Shown one piece after another: positions 25,101 through 39,693 of a DNA stretch of 64,000 nt (the stretch's first letter is position 1; each line of letters starts with the position of its first letter). Origin of the DNA: Paraspadella gotoi. Lineage: Eukaryota; Animalia; Chaetognatha. The stretch spans positions 3,528,554 to 3,592,553 of the forward strand of contig CM119270.1 of assembly GCA_051294375.1 (NCBI GenBank), read 5' to 3'. A program made the translations under genes and the position numbers. The notes under the pieces are model-generated. The model had not been told where the DNA came from, made no database searches, and was given only the letters and a program-made list of their open reading frames with translations.

Positions 25101-26822
25101 AGATCTCTCTCGATCTCTCGTTTTCTCACGAAGTCTCTTGTCACTTTTCAACCTCATCCAATCGATCGACGATTTTTAAACGAGAAAACCAGTTATTTTT
25201 AAATCCGTCACGGCTTAAAAAAAAAAAGGATCGTGCGTATTTATTGTTGTATTTACTTTTATAGGTAACAATTTTTTGAAAGAAACCCGTTTTTGGGAAA
25301 CTTTCTCCTTTGAAAGATATATTATTTCGTACAAAAAAATGTAAAATTCATTTGTGAATACTTACTTGAAAAAAATAAAGGAATAAAGAAAAAGAAAGAG
25401 AGAAATGAACAGAGACAGAGAGAGAGAGAAAGAGGACAGAGACGCAGAGAGAGAGAGACCATCTCAAGTTCTCAACCAGCTGACCGGTTCAGCTTCGTCA
25501 CACTCTGTCTCTGTTGACACAACTTTTTATGTTAGACTTCCGCTGTGTTTACGATATTTTTTTTTTCTGTTTCCAAAATCAGTAGCAACAAAAATTGGAG
25601 GATTTTGTCGTCTTCTTCTTTGATGTCATCAAACTTCGTGTCATTCGATGCAATGAATATTTCTAGAGATGCGATGAAGCATCCCTTTAAAATTTTCAGC
25701 GGTTGATGGATTAATGATTCAATTTTTGTTAAATACTACTTTATATATATGATTAAAGCTGATAAAATGCATCTTTTAAGAAAAAAATATGTTACAAAAC
25801 TGATTTTGAACAAAATATTTAAATCCACATTTATTTTACGAACATATTACCGGGCAACGCATCCTTGGACTTAGGATCCATTTTTTCGAATTTTGACGAT
25901 GTTGCGCGTCTGATAAGGAAGCCTCTGCTTCTCTGTACGCCTCTCTCATCGAAAAAGATAAGCTGCCACAAAAAACCCAAATTTTAATAAAGTAAAAACA
26001 AGAATCGTCAAGTTTACGGGGTTGCGTTTAAATAAACGTAAATATACGCATGTATTAATAATAATTATATAAACGATTATGTAAATACCCAAGTATAATA
26101 AGCCTCTCAGTTTCTATTACTTAATTGAAAAGTATTAATTAAATTAAAGTAACCATATGTCTATATTTATAGGTAAACTCATAAGTAAAAAATAGATGAA
26201 CGATAAGCATTTTTTTCTAAGTATATATTTAAATAACTCTATAATGTAGGAATTATGCTACATTTTTTGGTAATCACGTGAATGTACATTGTACAAGTAA
26301 AAACCATGGACAATATGTACTTCACAGTTTATTATTTTACTCCTAAATGTTGGTGGCTTGCATCTAAAGCCGAAACATGTACGTTTTCTATGAAAAATGA
26401 AATTCGTTGTAAACCAAAACCATTTTGCCCCAACTCCTAAATGTTAAAAATAATATTGTATTTGTTATTAGTATTTGAAATATCCATGTGTGAGACCAAC
26501 GGATTGACGGCCAGACCGACCGAAAAGTTATTTATACATTTTTTTCCGCACAACATCAAAAAAGAAGGTTGGCGAGTGAGGCGGTGAAGGGTGGCGATTA
26601 GCGGGGGGGGGTCTGGGTTCTGTTTGAACTTTTAATCCATTCACCAGATTTTCTGGGCTTCGAATTGAAGAATCGAGATTAAAGAGAAAATTGGGATTTT
26701 CATCTTTGAATCGTTACTCTGGTTACAAGAGAAGCTATCGCATCGAAGAGGCCTTGAGTTGATTATATTTGGAGTTACTGTTGGGAATTATACAAGTTAA
26801 AAACCATCATTTATAAACATTT

Positions 26823-27055
26823 GAAGAGACAGTAATTATTGTTATGTGTTAGTGACAGAACCGTTCAATATAAGCAGTCCCAGAGCTTCGGAAGAGCCTG
26901 TAACACTGTGTTACAGGCGGGTTAAACGCCCCGTCCCTTTTAACTGCTCGGCGACCACCGGTCAAGAACCCCGGACCTTTGGGTGAGGAGGCAAACGACT
27001 TGTCTCCGGGACCAATGCCCGCGGATAAACGGTTGGTGGATTTCAGTCCACCATA
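26823..27055 (-). mobile_element. tRNA-headed SINE-like repeat, copy A
   Basis: Reverse-complement match to 50807-51039 over ~233 bp. Confidence 0.8.
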
Positions 27056-27499
27056 CATTTAAATTTATAAATCAAAATTGGTCCTTTAGAGATTTTAGAG
27101 GTTTTATAACTGATTTGTCGGTAATTATATACGAATTATCTAATTATCTAAATTTATCAATCGTTAAATTTCGAATTCAAAAATAAAACATGATATCCGA
27201 GTAATTTTCAAATTTAAAAAAGAAGTTTCGAATTAATGAATGATTCGTATTTTGGTTCTTTTCATTCAAGAAAGAAATCGTTAATTATTCTTAGACTCAA
27301 CTTTGTTATTCTCCGTCAAAAAAAAGGGGGGGGGCGAAGGGGGTGCTACGATTGACACCCTTTGGGCCTCTTTTCCGAAAGAATCCCCTTTTCACTTTAA
27401 TTTAAAATTAAATTGGAATTTCCGTTTAATAATTAAATTATTAGTTGTATCGGATGTACCAATTTTATTAAAGTTAAGGAAACATATCTCTGGAGTAAG

Positions 27500-27628
27500 T
27501 TAGGGACGAGTTTTAGAGGATATGGTTAGAGATTTGGTAAAGGGTTTTGGAAAGAAATTTAATTTTAAAATAAAAATAAAATTTAATGATTAGAAATCTT
27601 AATGGGGCGCTCTCTGAAAATAGCGGTA
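27500..27628 (+). mobile_element. TTAGGG-MITE partial copy
   Basis: Decayed ttaggg tract then aatggggcgctctctgaaaatagcgg. Confidence 0.45.
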
Positions 27629-29164
27629 AACTTTTTATTAAGTTTCCATTTACTCTGTTCCACATTTCGGCTCCAATTTACTGGTTTCCTTTTTGTTTCT
27701 TTGTTTTTTCTGTGTCAAAGATTCGATCGTTTCTCGACCAAAGATCGAAAATCTTTCAAGTTTTGCCTTTTCTTCTGCTTCTTAAACCTTCAGACGCCAA
27801 AATGAAAAAAAATGGAAAAATTAATGGAAAAATAAAGAAAATGAAAGAGAAAAAAAAATCCCAACGCATTTGTCAATTCGAGAAAGTACGACTTTTAAAT
27901 TGTTAAGAACGGGGACAGGAAAAATTAAAAGAAGACGACGATGACCATGACGACGACGACGACGACGACGACGACGAAAAAACAACACCTACAAATTCAA
28001 AAAACATTTGCAGTATCTGAATGGCTGTTCTCTTTGGAAGTTAAGCGGCTTACTTTATGTAACTGTAAGAGTAAATCTTTTTTCGACTTTTTGAACTAGT
28101 TAAAAAATGTATTATTTGTCGGGCTCTAAATTCTTCGAAATGTAAATTCTGATGGAAATTGTTAAGGGAATAATGTGAGTTTCCTCCAAAAAAAATAATA
28201 TCGTGCAAAAAAAATGTTATACTCGTAATTTGCCAATTTGAATTGGACAGTTTTATGTAAGTCAAGTCATTCAACGGCTTTCTCGATTCATTTTTGTTAA
28301 CTATTTCTTTATTTTAGCCCAATTAAAAGTCCCAAAATTGAGGTTTGATAATGTATTCGCCAAAACGTTCAAATCGGTTATATTGGTTAATAATTTTAAT
28401 TTTAATCGTGGAAAACTTGGGGAGCATCTTATAATTCTTCCCCCCCCCCCCAGGCCTGCCCCCTCCACGGCTCCGGTCGAGTGATTTTGGCCCAGAAGAT
28501 TCGGGCTTAATTGATTTAAATCGTTTTAATGTTTTATTTTAAATTATTTTAAGGCGAAGTAGCGGGGTCGAAGGGACAGATTTTTTTTTTCTCTTAAATT
28601 TGTCGATTTTTACGTTGCTACTTTTTTTAAAATTATGTATGTACAGAATGAGTCCATAACAAATTAAAATTTTCCGTATTCGTCATTCCCGATTCTAAAA
28701 AAGGAAGATTTTCCACGTTAATTTCAATTTTTTTTAATTTCCGCAATTACAAAAGAAAAAAATTATAAAAATGAAAAAATAAAAAAAATTTAAAAAATGA
28801 AAATATACCAAAGCGGAAGAGAGGCAGAGAATAAAAAATATGCGGGAATAAACGGAATCAAAACAAAAGGCATTTTCATTCGGCACGAACAAAAAAAAAA
28901 GGGGAAAAAAAACAGTTCGGTTCATTTGATTCGTTTTTTCTTTTGTTTTTTTGTTTTTTCGTTTCGTTTAATCTTGCATTTTTCTTTCCCTTTCGTTTTT
29001 CCAATCAAGAGTCGCGCTAATTATTTTCTCGTAATTTTCCTTTGAAGCAAAAAAATTAAAAAAATTTTCAAGTTTGAAACTTGAGACGAAATTTTTTTTG
29101 TTTTCACGAAGCGACAAACAAAAATGTAGCGAAGGAGAAAAAAAAGTTTAGTCGCGTTTTGAAT

Positions 29165-29201
<37 letters not shown>

Positions 29202-29319
29202 GAGAGAGAGAGGAGAGAGAGGATGAGAGGAGAGAGAGAGAGAGAGAGAGAGACTGAGACTTCATTTATATTTGTCTCCACGGCCGTAGTGAGATTAGTC
29301 AAGTGTTTTATTGAGAATC

Positions 29320-29530
29320 ACGTCGTTGACGTCGTCGGAACGGGAATTCAATTACCAAAGCCGAGTCTCCGACGCGGATTGGCCCGCGATTAGAAGATTC
29401 GAATGCCGATTGGCTGGAATTTTTTAAGTTTGTCCTTCTGCTTAACCGACGTCACGCGACGTAACTCTTTGGCCTCGATCCGGCATCACCCGCCCTCCTC
29501 TCCTCCCTCTTTCACGCCCCCCTCATCAGT
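29320..29530. promoter_or_regulatory. Candidate promoter (two reverse CCAAT boxes, CRE-like site, GC box)
   Basis: ATTGG at 29378 and 29409, GACGTCA at 29448, CCCGCCC at 29489, in a CpG-rich patch. Confidence 0.4.
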
Positions 29531-29602
29531 TTTTCGGGGAAAACTGAAAGAAAAAATCTGCTGAGAAGGAAAAAGAGAGAGAGAGAGAGATGAGCAGAGA
29601 GA

Positions 29603-29645
<43 letters not shown>

Positions 29646-30217
29646 CGATGTCTCACATGATTTCGGACATGACGGTCCACGAAAGTGCGGGTTGTGGCGG
29701 CGGCGACGACGACGACGACGAAGACGACGACGAAGACGACGACATGAAATAATCGGATGACAATAACCTAAAACTTTGATAACAATTCTCACATCAAAAA
29801 TATCAACTTTATCTAAATTTCTAAGATCAAAACATAAACCTTTTATAAAACTTCAGAGACTCAGACGACGACGATGACGTGGATAAAGACGAGAAGACGA
29901 CGACGACGATGACGACGGCGACAACGACGACGAAGACGGCGACGACGACGACGATGACGAACCTCGCGATAAAATCGTCAAAAGAAGATGACGACGTCAA
30001 AACTATGAGGGTGACGCGAAATGTGGACGACATTTAGTTAAAAGTTGCGACGACGACGACGACGACGACGACGACAACCACGACGACGACGACGAAAACG
30101 GAAAAAGACGTGTTGACGTTGTTTGATGTTTATGTCGTCGTTGTTGTTGTCGTTCGTGATGTTGTGGTTGTTGTGGTCCCGGCCTTCTTATCCCAGTTAA
30201 TTTTTTTAAGTTCAATT

Positions 30218-30450
30218 TTAGGTTAAAGGTTAGGGTGAGGGATTAAGATTAGGGATTAGGGCTAGAAATTAGGCATAAAGGTTTAAGATTAGGGTTCATC
30301 ATTCGGTTTAAGTTTGAGATTAGAGTTATGGATTCTAGGTAGGGATACAGTTGTAAATTTAATAACAGATTGAGCTAAAATACTAAGGTTTAAAGTAAAT
30401 TCCGGGATAAAAAAAAACAGAAATGAAGCGTTCTGGGAAAAGAGAGCCAA
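30218..30450 (+). mobile_element. TTAGGG-MITE partial copy
   Basis: ttaggg/gattaggg array then aaatgaagcgttctgggaaaagagagcc. Confidence 0.5.
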
Positions 30451-31074
30451 AAAAATTTCCCCCTCGCTGGATCGATGGCATTTTCTAGCTTTCATTAATG
30501 TCGTTAAATTTAATCAAGTGGAATAATTAAAATTCTTTAAAATTGAAATTTTGTTTAAAATAAAAAAGGGAAATATTAAAAAAATTTGCTTTGGTTTTTT
30601 TTTTGTCTCTGTCGAGTCTCCATTACTGAGCGATCATTCTAAGTTTTGTTCCGCATTATTTACAGTATGTACAAATAAGTAAATATGCCATTAAATACTG
30701 GCCAAAAAAAATTAGGGTGGCAGGCTGAGACTGACACGGAAGAACGGACAGACGGTTTCTCCAATGATATTAATAATTAAGCTCGATTTGATTGCGGGAT
30801 AAACTATTCAAAATTATAAGATTCTTATGTTTAATACTAAAAAATAAAGCAATGATTGCGACTAATCTAGATCACCTTAGTGATAAATTACAAAAGCAAC
30901 GTAAGGGAAGATGACGATGCCGCTATGTTTATGATGACGACGACGACGACGACGACGACGATGACTCGTTGAACTCGCTTCCTTTTCGATTTGGGGAATT
31001 TTATGTTTAATCTGGGATTTTCTAAATGATAAAGTAAACAAAACTCAGAGAAAAAAGCTATAGATGGAGAGGGG

Positions 31075-31159
<85 letters not shown>

Positions 31160-31309
31160 GAGAGAGAGAACGATAAAAACACATCGAAAAAAGGGCGACG
31201 ACATTGGATAGAAAAAAGGAAATCGGAGCGGAGACTTTTTAAAAAGGCGGATGCATCGAGATCGCCTCTGTTCGTGACGGTTCCCCAACGCGTTCCATTG
31301 TTGTTGTTG

Positions 31310-31595
31310 NNNNNNNNNNNNNNNNNNNNNNNNNNNNNNNNNNNNNNNNNNNNNNNNNNNNNNNNNNNNNNNNNNNNNNNNNNNNNNNNNNNNNNNNNNN
31401 NNNNNNNNNNNNNNNNNNNNNNNNNNNNNNNNNNNNNNNNNNNNNNNNNNNNNNNNNNNNNNNNNNNNNNNNNNNNNNNNNNNNNNNNNNNNNNNNNNNN
31501 NNNNNNNNNNNNNNNNNNNNNNNNNNNNNNNNNNNNNNNNNNNNNNNNNNNNNNNNNNNNNNNNNNNNNNNNNNNNNNNNNNNNNNNNNNNNNNN
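31310..31595. other. Assembly gap
   Basis: Run of n. Confidence 1.
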
Positions 31596-32658
31596 TGTGA
31601 TTAAGGCCCGAAAAAGGAGGAAGAATGAATCGAATCGTCGTCGTCGGCGTGATTAGTCGAAACGTTGATGATCCAAGCGACGATGACGTCAACAATTAGG
31701 ACGTGAATCGGTGATGTTGTGAGCGAATGTGACGCCTATGATGATATTGCGAGCGTTTGTGATGTAATTGATGATGTTAAGAGCAAAATTGATGCAAATT
31801 GTGATGTTGTGAGCGATTGTGAAGTTTTGAGCGATTGTGAGACTCGATTCATTTTTGTGAACCGTTGCAAGAGAATTAAACAGTCGATTAATGATAAGAT
31901 TAGGAGAAGAGTGGTGACTTTTGCATCGTTTGCGTGAAGACAAACGATGAGTTGTGACCTACGAAGAGTGGTGAAGACCAACGATGCCCTTTTGATTTCG
32001 GAGAAATTACGAGGGATTTTGAGATGAGCGGTGATATGGGGGAACGTTTTATAATGTGAGTGATGGTGAGAAAGGAAGAAAGTCACAAATATAAATGGCT
32101 AAAATGATGATGATGATGATGATGATGACGATGACGATGATGATGATGGTGATGATGATGATCGAAAGACGAGACTTTGACGATCGACGAATGACTCGAC
32201 CTAAAAGAGGAAAGAGATTAAAAAGAGGAAGAGGAAAAGGAAGAGGAAAACGAAGGGATGGAGAAAAGAAAGAAGAGAAATAATGGAGAAAGTGAGAAAT
32301 GATGGAAAGAGTGAGGAGAGTTAAAAAATTAAGGAAAGACTGAGTACTTTGATACTTTGATTTTGCTTGTACCTTAAATTGAGCGGATCTTAAAATTAAC
32401 ATTATAAATTAAACTGATGAGAGTTTTTATAAAATAACTCGAATTTTTGTTTTTGAACGGAAAAAAATGAATTTTTCGAAGCGATGCTCATTTGTTATCT
32501 TCGTGAGCTTAAATAGTTTGGATTGAAAATCAAAAGAGAGCGCGTATGATGATGAATACAGAAAAAAATAAACAAAATAACAAGATGGTATTTCATTTGT
32601 TTTTATTTGGAAATGAAAAGGATGAATAAATTGAAAGTAATTTGTAAAAAACTTAATC

Positions 32659-32704
<46 letters not shown>

Positions 32705-32803
32705 TAAGGGGAAATCTCGATGAAACGAACTCTAATAAAAAAAGTTGTTTAGAGTTTGAAAACAATTTAAATTTCTCTTTCGACAAAGGGGACTAAAGAT
32801 GGC

Positions 32804-32835
<32 letters not shown>

Positions 32836-32968
32836 CGACGACGGCGACGACGACTACGGAGGCGAGGACGCCGAAGCTTGAGAATCAGTCCCCGAGGATA
32901 ACGAGTAAGTTTCGTCGGCGGCGATATCATACTACACTATAGTATAAAGTAAATAAAGTCCAATAAAG

Positions 32969-33454
32969 TTGAGACTTCTGGTCGATGACACAGATGTCAC
33001 AAATGTCACAAATGACGAAGTAACAGATGCCGATGACACGAGAGACATCGAGAACCACTTTGCTGAAGATAGAAACGAAGAGGGCGTGGTCGCCGTGGCA
33101 TCCGTAGCATCCGGGGAATCCGTGGCCGCCGTGTCAACCATAGCGCCGAAACTTAGCGACATTGCTACCGACGAAAGTGGGTCATCACAGGCAAAGGCGG
33201 TGCCGTTAGCGTCGTCGGCGCTAATTGCGTCGGCAGAGGCGACACCGCCAGCGACTCTAATAGCGTCGGCAGACACGTACGGACCAACGTCGCAATCTGC
33301 TTGGACAGACAGACCGACTGCAGAGTCGAAAGCACAGGAGGCCCTACTTGCGTCGGCACCAGCGGCGCTAGTTACGTCGGCACCGGCAGCTCAAGCTTTA
33401 GAACCGGCGTCTGTGCTTGCGTCGGCACCGACCCAGGATGTTAACCTTAACTGG
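32969..33454 (+). CDS. Putative exon of an unidentified gene (acidic, then Ala/Ser/Pro-rich)
   Basis: GC-rich open frame of ~160 codons with repeated ASA motifs, ending TGG|gtaaaa. The 5' boundary is unknown. Confidence 0.4.
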
Positions 33455-33560
33455 GTAAAATCCATTAGAAAAACTTTATTTATAAATTTATTCATTGGTT
33501 CATTCATTCATTCATTCATTCATTCATTCATTCATTCATTCATTCAAATCGATTTTAAAG

Positions 33561-33635
33561 ACTCTTGTGGCGGAAAAGATTTTCAACGAGAATCGCGAAA
33601 ACATCGGTCGGAGCGACAAAGCCGGCGGTGTAGGT

Positions 33636-33690
<55 letters not shown>

Positions 33691-33761
33691 GCGGCGCTGA
33701 TGGCGGAGATAGAGGAAAAATAGAATTTCATCGTACGCCGCACGAGGCCAGGCAAAGGTGA
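33561..33761 (+). CDS. Putative next exon (TLVAEKIFNENRENI..poly-Gly..KIEFHRTPHEARQR)
   Basis: ttttaaag acceptor after a 106-nt (ATTC)n intron continues in frame from 33454. Confidence 0.35.
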
Positions 33762-34109
33762 AAGACTGAATCCGTCTGGTATGAATGCATTGTCATTGAA
33801 AAATCCAAATTTATCTTTAGTTATTTTTTTATATTCTTTCATTAATAATTATTATTCATTTATATAATTTATTTCTTCTTTATTCTATTTAATTAAAATT
33901 CTTGTAAAATTCTAATTATTATTTACCAATCAATCTCATTAGTTTCCTATTAATTTTAAATTATCTTTCTCTTCTTTTTTTTTTTAATTTTGTTTTTTAG
34001 CGCAGAATGAACTGTATCATTTGCGTCTCGATCGCTTCGGTATTTTTCGTTTCTCTCGTCGTCGTTTCTCTTCTCTTTTATTTCGGAGTCATCGAGCTAC
34101 CAGAGTGGT

Positions 34110-34455
34110 AAACTTTGAGGGCAAAGAGATAAACACTTAGGGCAAAGGAGTTTTTTCCCTTTGATGTTGAGGGCAAAGAGATCAACATTGAGATCAAAAA
34201 AGTTTTTCCCGAGAATGTTGAGGGCAAAAAGATAAACGTTGAGGGCAAAGAAGTTTTTCCCGTGAATGTTGACCAAAAAATATATTTAAAACCTGAAGGG
34301 CATTGACTTTTGAGAGCAAACTGATCAACCATAGCATGGCATAGGGCAGAGAAGTTTTTACTTTGAATTTTAAAGGCAAAGAGATCAACGTTGAGGGCAA
34401 AGAAGTTACCTTCATTGAATATTGAGGGCAAACGGGTCAACGTTGAGGGCAAAAA
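34110..34455. repeat. Tandem repeat of gttgagggcaaa-core units
   Basis: More than ten degenerate copies of (aac/aat)gttgagggcaaa(gag). Confidence 0.85.
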
Positions 34456-34929
34456 AGTTTTCTTTTCTCTACTCCCTTCTCTCCATTTTCGTTACCCCCC
34501 CCTGCATTCTCCTTCTCCTTTCTCTCATTCTCCTTCCAGGCTCCAAGAAAAAGACCCGAGAAGTTACTGGAGAAGAAAGAAAAAAAATAAGACGAGATTC
34601 CTCGACAAAGGGCGAAACGACGCTTGCGCCGCGACAAGAGCCGCATCGGACGACGCTTCCTCATCATCCGCAGGGACCGGCCCTGTAGCTTTACTCGACG
34701 AACGGTTTGGAGACACCGCCTCTTAAGTTAAGATTCTCGCCGGACGAGGCGGACGAGGCGTTGGAGAGACGGAAAAGAACCTCTGGTTCAGCGAGGTTTT
34801 GGAGATGAAGATAAAATGTTATTGTTAACAAGACAATGTATTTCGATTTACGTAGATCAAGATAGGGATTATTCAATAAAATCAAATTTTTACCGAATTT
34901 AGAGAATCTTACGAACCTGCAATATACTG

Positions 34930-35045
34930 TTATGAAATTGGTACAACCAATATAAAAATTATCCATTCATTTAATAAATGAGCTATCTTGCCCCTGACTT
35001 TGGACAGGCTTTGGTCACTCTTACAAGATAATGACATAGCAGGTC
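34930..35045 (+). repeat. Dispersed repeat family A, second copy
   Basis: Near-identical to 16014-16144 apart from a short internal deletion. Confidence 0.85.
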
Positions 35046-38000
35046 TCGTTTATTCACTCCCAGAGTACCTGGCTTCCCTATCAATGAAGTGGTATAATGT
35101 ACTACTATAATCACTTCGCCGATTTAAAAAAAAAAGATAAGTTAAGATTTAAACATCCGTCCCGTCGAACTTTAAATTTTAAGTTCAAACTTTCAATCGT
35201 CGTTTCGCGAGTTTCTGACAGAAAGTTAATTGTCTATATATAATTATATTAATTATAACCACTCGAGATACAGATTTAAAATGATTTCTTTCTCGGTTAT
35301 TCTTGACCAAACCTGTTTTAACTATCGATTCGTCGGTTATTATGCGTTTGCGACCTGAAATCTCGAAAGGAATAAAGACGAAGAGTTTCGGAATTTCACG
35401 ACGTTATATTGATGACCATAATCATTACAGTAACAACAGATCAATAAATATGTCGTAAAATAGGAAAATGGAAAGGAGAGACTTTTTACTGAATGAAAGA
35501 TAATAAATAGATTACGAATCGATAAGATAAAATCATGACATTCACTTTTTTACTCAATGGTAACTAATTAAACAGTAAGGAAGCCTTTGTTGCACGATGT
35601 GAAAGTACTGTTAAATACACAATTTCATTCTTCTTCATTGCTAAATACGTACTTCTTTTCAAGTGGGATTGAATGGATGTCGCTATTTGTTAGGAAAAAA
35701 AATCATGCCAAAACGAGCGATCAAAAGGGGGAAAAAATCATTTTCATGTCCCATATTTATTTTGAGAAAAGTAATACTACGGGAAATCGATATTTCGAGA
35801 GAGAGAGACGAGATTTTTATTTTCAAGTAAGCTAAAAACTACCGGGCACTAGCTTGGCTTAGCTCAAAAGGAACAAACCCAAAAGAAATAAATACAAGGA
35901 AAAATAGATGGTAAGAATAAAAAAATTAATATAGATTCGGCGTTAATAGGATAATAACTAAATAATTTTTGTTTTTAGTAAGTAAGAAACAATAAGAAGT
36001 AAGAAACTGCGTTTTTTTTTTTGTTTTTTAAAAAGTCAAAAGGTGTCGGCAATATAAATGTTTGTATACTGAATGAAAACACAAGACAGACGAAAAAGAT
36101 GAAATATAGAAGAATCGGTGGTAACTAAGCGGAAAAAGTTCAAACCAAAATTTGACCGTTTTAAAGAAAAGGAAAAAAAGAGATATTTTTGGGTACCAAA
36201 GTTCTATGGTTTTAATTTTTTTTTTGGTTTCATTTAATACCTTTTTGATTGCCGCATCTTAACTGAGATCCCCTTAATTTCACATCTGCTGTTTTTTTTT
36301 TCTGTTCACAACTAAATAAAATGTACTGAACCGAAAAAATTATGGAAAAATTTACGAGAACTGATTCTTCATGATAAACACAACAGGTGCTAAATGTTCG
36401 AAAATCTAAATATATATTGATCAGTGAAGATGAAAAGGAGAATAAAATAAAAGAAAGTTTTTTTCATGATTACAATCATTGAGATCATCAAAGGTTTAGT
36501 ATCAACTATCATAACATCTACTTTATTAATAAAGCTAGGTTTTGAAAGATTATCAAACGACGGGGATCTGAAAGGTTTCGGGGGGAAAGGGGGGCGGAAA
36601 AAGATGGGGTCGGGGAGAGAGAGAGAGAAGGTAGATAAAACCACTTTTTTTTTTGCAATATATCACTTAAAAGCCCCCATTTACTTTTAAAAGAGCAGAA
36701 CTGTAATTCAAGCATTATGTTTTACACACATGTCTCAATTTCCACAATTTCATCGAGGCTTAACAAGAGAATGAGGAACAAACATTTTTGTTTTGTTTTC
36801 AAATGGAACAGCATCTTGGTTAAAATTCGGGTTTCGTTACGCCGTTTGGTCGGACACTTTTGCTCTGTCCCTGTTTCTCCTAATAATTGCATAATTGATG
36901 TGTTTCAAAAAATGATAAAAACATTTATTGTAAACTTTCATGCTCATATTTGGTCCCGTGATAAAAATCACGGGATCACACAATAGAAAAATCAACAACG
37001 CCTCAAAAAGATGTAAAAATCATATTTGAGGCTAAAATCGTGGTTTAGCTTCGCTCCGGAGGATGGTTTCTATGTCCACTGCGAGTCCGTGGAAAACGTT
37101 CCACAATAAATTTACGCTCGATTGTCTGTCAACCGTCTAAATTATGTTTTATCAATATTAAACGTAACGTGTTAATTTTTAAATTAACTATGACGAAGTT
37201 CGATAAGGAAAACGTCATCTTCTTTCGACTTTCAAACATTGTCATCACAGAAATAACATTCTTAGGCATAAAAAATAAAATTCTCTGCGTAGCAACAATC
37301 TGATCAACTTTGATTTAAGAGATCCGAAATGGTGATAAGTAAAAAAAAAAAATTCTTACTTTTTTTAATAATTTCAATTTGATAATAATCCCCGTGACAT
37401 TAGAGTAACCTGCAATGGAGCAAGCCAGTGGTGACGAGAATTTCGAAGCATCCTCAACAGACATTCAAGTGATAATTTGTCAATAAATATTATCAAAATA
37501 GCACACTTGTTGAAAGTCGAATAAAAAAGTCTTATTACTGGAAGAACAACAAGGTCTATCCACTTGAGAGCAAATTCAAAGCCTTTTCTTTAAATCTAAC
37601 ATTTTTTTAAAAAAATAATTAAGTCCATGATTTTTTGTAGCCAATGTATAAAAACCAAATTAATATATTTTGAGTGGAAAATAAAATAAACTGCAAAACT
37701 TATTTTTTTTTTAAAAAAGAGAAAATAAAATGAAAAATTTGAAATTGAGACACTGTTTCTCTCACAGCAAACCAAATTTACTACCAACAGAATGGGAACA
37801 AAGATCAAAACAGTTCAGCTCTGCTTTTTCAAAAATTGAGAAAAATAAGAGAAAAACCCCACACCCAGTAAGAGCCTTTTTTTAAATAGAAATAGTAAGA
37901 TGTTATGAAAAATTTACATTTTTTTAGGATTAATAAAATGACCCAGGGGTATACAGAAATTGATAAATTTCATATACTAATTTAAAAAGGCATAAATACG

Positions 38001-39628
38001 GGCATGGGCATATAACTAAAGCAAGCACAAAATTATAACATCACAATGATCATAATGTCTAAAGAAAATAACTAAATAACTATTTAAAATTTAAAAATCA
38101 AATCCAGAATAATGTTTTTTAAAAAGCTATTAACACAAGAAGTGAGTCAACATAATCACACACAAAACACTAATTTAATCTGCTCCACTTAAAAATGCGT
38201 CGTGCTGATTTTTGTTCACTCTTTCAAAAATAATGGGCAACACAGGTTCTCACAACTAAAACACCGTAATCATACAGAACGAAACCAAAATTTGCTTATA
38301 CAAGCCATAATTGGTAAATAAACAATATTATTCACAAATCGGGAAAATAATATTGCCATTAGTAAAATAAGAGACCGAACACGTTCAAATCAGAGAAAAA
38401 TTAACGTCAGACAATATGAATAATATATATTGACTCTGATTTTAAGACGTACAATAATTAATGAGAGGGAACACAAAGCATATACGAAAACTACTAATAA
38501 TGAAACTTATAAAAACTACGAAAGGATGTTACATTTTCCTAAATGGCGTGTTTCTTAAATATTCTGAAACTGTCAAGCTACTTGTTTACGAATAACGAAG
38601 GTAACTAATGAAAAATTTATTTTTATACTGATTTTAATGTGATCACCGAAAAATTAAATTTTAAACAAATAAATAAAAATAATTAAAAAACAGCTGGCCA
38701 TACCAGAGAGATACGCTTTCGCTACAAGTAGCTGAACACTATTCAGGCTGTAGGACTTCACTAAAGGTTTGAAATTTGCAAAAGCGGATCATAAGAACTA
38801 GGGTGGGTTAATACTCTCGCCGTAATCATCAACAATGGACCGCGAAATGAGTCGAACCCAAATAAATGAAGATCATTAGTTACTTAATCGCTTAATTCGC
38901 GGGTGGACTCGTGAGTGTAGTATCGGTCCGATATTGATACACCCTACTGAAGACCAGATAATAGTATTAGTGAAAAGAATGAACACTTTTGCTGCCCTCT
39001 TACAGACTGTGGTCGTAATAGCGGTTCTAATGCAGTGAAAAAGATATAACTTATAAAAAAGCGGCTTAAAAGAAACGTCAACTGATGCAAAACGCGTTAA
39101 TTTACTGTTAATGTGTTAGTTTTTTGTTTTTTTTAGTAAAAAGTTTATTGACGGAAACGAAGGGGAACTAAATAGTCAATTATCTTTGCATTTTAAATCT
39201 TCGTGATAGGGAAAAAAAAGAAAAGGACGACACAGTACCGAATGAGAGAAGAGAAAGAGAGAGAGAGATGGGTTAGCTTTTTTGGTTTTTTTATGTTTTT
39301 GTTTTCTACCTCTAGTTTTGCTTACGAGATAAACGAATAGTGGAACCAATCGAGAAAAAAGATATTTTTGGTGATATATATATATGCTTTGTCGAAATTA
39401 AACGAGAGAGAGAGAGAAAAATTCCGAGGACAGAACATTCTTACAACCACATCAGTTTGAACTAGTGATTTTGGTTTTTTTTCTAATGGAAAAAGAGTTA
39501 CATAAAATACGGCATGACACGGGCAAAAAAGTAGCAGAAATACCGGTGGCAGGAAAGGATCAAAATCATGCAAGAGACCACGGCTCCCCTGGGACAAGGG
39601 GGATTTAAAATACAACGACGAGTTGGTG

Positions 39629-39693
<65 letters not shown>

